A DNA stretch of 63,933 nucleotides, counting the filler, from Asterionella formosa (Eukaryota), in the NCBI GenBank assembly GCA_002256025.1. It is 3 parts of 3 records of this genome, joined end to end, with 100 filler letters (N's around TTAATTAATTAA, not from the genome) between each part and the next. Parts side by side here need not be neighbours in the genome. Positions count along the whole stretch, not along the records: positions 31,021 to 61,884 come from NKIB01000780.1; positions 61,985 to 63,933 come from NKIB01000788.1; 1 more part is not named here. One strand, given 5' to 3'. The translations under genes were made by a program, and so were the position numbers. The notes beneath the pieces were generated by a model. The model did not search any database. It saw only the letters and a list, made by a program, of their open reading frames with translations, and had not been told where the DNA came from. Of this stretch, positions 61,305 through 63,933 are shown piece by piece (position 1 is the stretch's first letter; the number at the start of each line of letters is the position of its first letter).

Positions 61305-61884
61305 TGTTCGTGACGAGTCTGTTGCTCAGTTGTTACCGGGTATTCGTCGTATGTATTAGCGGTAGATAGACTAGCTCTGAGAGATGACGTTGGAGGACGA
61401 GCAGATACCGGTACCAGGTACCGGTACTTCCTTCTTCAAGGTCTTACTGACGTCGGAGATAATACTACATATGACTACCGTATGTGTGATATTCTATATC
61501 ATGGTAACTTTTATGACGTCACACGTCATTGGCTTCCATTGTTTCTTTGCTGCAGTTACCGGTATATATTTTATTATATCCACACTTGTTCCAATGTGTC
61601 AACTGCCATCAGTTTCGATTACTCTTTGACTCCCAAAGTCAATATAGTACAGATTAATCTAACTCACAATATCTAGAATTTACTTCCGAAAGTACGTTGT
61701 TAGTTAGATTACCTTCAGACTATAGTCCAATCTCATACATTGAGATAGCTATTATCGCAGGTTATTAGAGCCCTTTTACGTTTCCATTCTAAAACGTACA
61801 TTATTTATTTATTTGTTGTTCTTCTTCCTCCTGCTTGAGAAGATGATAACTCCGACTCCTTCCATCCCTGGAAGCCTTGGAAGC

Positions 61885-61984
61885 NNNNNNNNNNNNNNNN
61901 NNNNNNNNNNNNNNNNNNNNNNNNNNNNTTAATTAATTAANNNNNNNNNNNNNNNNNNNNNNNNNNNNNNNNNNNNNNNNNNNN
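61885..61984. other. Artificial contig-joining spacer N44-TTAATTAATTAA-N44
   Basis: Identical to 30921-31020. Confidence 0.97.
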
Positions 61985-62505
61985 TTTATAGTACATTGTG
62001 TATTTTCACCAGGAACATGGGTTTTCCAACATGATTTGATTACAGATATGTAATTGATATTGGGATATCAATGTCGATAAGTGATAATTGACAAATGACT
62101 ACGTCGTGATACTTTCCGTCGTCGTTCTTGCGATTACAAGGTTGTTGATGAGGTTTTAATCCTATCGGATAATCCTACTACCTTGGATAACCATGGACGA
62201 GGTCCTTATTCTATTTATTCAAGTATATGCCAATGGTCCAGTTACTTTTCAACAAACTATGCATACTACGGACTGAATTAATATCCATTACATCAAACCT
62301 TTTCAAAGGTAAAAGGTTTTCCCTTGGTGTGGGAGAGTGAGCGATCTTGCGCATCAATACAGATGTATATAGGGTTAGTGTTATATCATGTATGTATAAG
62401 AACTCAATAATGAGAGAACTCGACTAACCCTCATTGTATACTTTGGTGTCGACTTGGAGAACGAGTTACACACAAGGATTAACAAATAAGCTCATATATT
62501 CAACA
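61985..62505 (+). mobile_element. Decayed Ty3/gypsy 3' end: integrase tail, PPT and short LTR
   Basis: Frameshifted SPG..VF, DYKV.DEVLI and GPYSI.QVYANG...INIHYIKPF. PPT GGGAGAG is followed by TGAGC at 62338, with inverted GCTCA at 62490-62494. Confidence 0.7.
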
Positions 62506-63933
62506 AATACTACTACTTCTAGTTAGATACTTCACCTGGTACCATGGTAGAGGTACCCCGCCGGTGGGCTGTTGCATCTGGCGTGATAGTGACTGAGAAC
62601 ATGTATATTAGATATGACTTTCCGCATGCTTATTCTTACTACCGGTGTGTAGTATTGGCAAGGCAATTAGCAGGGGGTAGTGGTTTTGTACGTATATATA
62701 TATACACTTCATTACAGTAGAGACACACTCCGACTTGCTTTTCAACTCCGGGAAGGCCCTACCGGTACAGTAAGATGAAGGGAATTACGAGAAAATGTTA
62801 TTTCCTCTTTCAAGGTTAAACTTTATGATAAAAAAATAAAAAGCATAGAGTGTAATAATACTGTATAAATATTTTTATTGCGAGCGCGAATGCTTTGATT
62901 TATGATCAGGAACAAAAAGTACGATGTTCTGATTTACCGGTATTTACCAGGTACCCTGTATGTTTTTAAATACCATAGATGCCAGTTCGAACCCAGATGC
63001 GATTCGGTGAAACTTGCAACAGTCATCCTACATTCGCATTTACCGGTTGTCGTGTGTGATAATGACCAATCTAAGTAATTTGAAACGGGGCATACGAGTT
63101 AATAGATACCGACAGTAAGTACCGGTACCGGTAAATTGTCGATCGTATCGGACGATAATCAGTAATCAGTACTGTAACTATTCTGTAGACTGGACCTGGT
63201 GCATTATTCATACCGGTATTCTGATTCGTTATACCGGTACTTACATCTGTTCGATTGGCCCGGTTTGCGAGGGCTTGCAATCCCACGCCTGCCACACTCA
63301 CTTAATACGCACACATGCAACATTTTCTTGGATGCTGTTGGCCGATACGAAATCCAGGACCTCGTACCAGGTACCTGATATCTGATACCTGATACCAGAG
63401 TACCTGGTACCAGGTACAAGGGTACCAGTACCGGAAGCCGGTATCGGTAGCTTATCATAGGAGTGTACGCCTAAGGGTCGTTCTTATCATTCCGAATTTG
63501 CTGTATCATTTCCGGGTTGCGGGCAAAAGGTGACGGTTGGTATCAAAACACGGTTTTTTGCCCCCTCCAAAAACAGTATCAGTGATACTGACGTTTTCAC
63601 GCGGGTATCATTTCCGTTGTCACTAATAAAATAACCGAAAATAAGCCTGCAAGGCAAGGCACCAGTGATAATATAAATGGCATATACTATTCCTTCAATT
63701 TTATGCTGGCTGCGTACATCGTCCAAGCAACACCATTGATACAATTATACAGCACCAGACAGAAAGTTATACTTGGCGATCTTATAACTCCCAAGTGTTT
63801 TTGTGTATTTGTTACTACAGATCAGTCATTTGAATCTCCCTGAAGATACTACAAGCAAGGCAAATGGAACCGCATAGTATGGAACCAGTCACACAAATGC
63901 AAACAACAACTGTTGATGTGGAGACCACTGTAT

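Overview
Eukaryotic, almost certainly diatom (photosynthetic stramenopile) genomic DNA. The evidence is short GT-AG introns, an ASAFAP plastid-targeting motif on a fucoxanthin-chlorophyll protein, and diatom-style copia and gypsy relics. Two identical 100-bp synthetic spacers (N44-TTAATTAATTAA-N44 at 30921-31020 and 61885-61984) join three contigs, so synteny across them is unproven. About 17 protein genes lie among many decayed transposons: two TIR-complete Tc1/mariner/pogo-type elements, LINE relics, a tRNA-headed SINE candidate, MITEs, and copia and gypsy ends. The top finding is an intronless, head-to-head pair of an ArsJ-associated-type GAPDH and an ArsJ MFS exporter. This looks like a eukaryotic version of the bacterial GAPDH/ArsJ arsenate-detoxification module, with an added six-cysteine loop in the transporter. 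Other highlights: an HMG-box/MBD-like plus PhyH-type 2OG-Fe(II) dioxygenase fusion; promoter-associated GGTACC/TACCAGTA/TACCGGTA clusters that resemble excision footprints of the resident transposons; and a plastid-targeted EFKAP-repeat protein next to an FCP gene. All family calls come from motif recognition by eye. No database searches were run.
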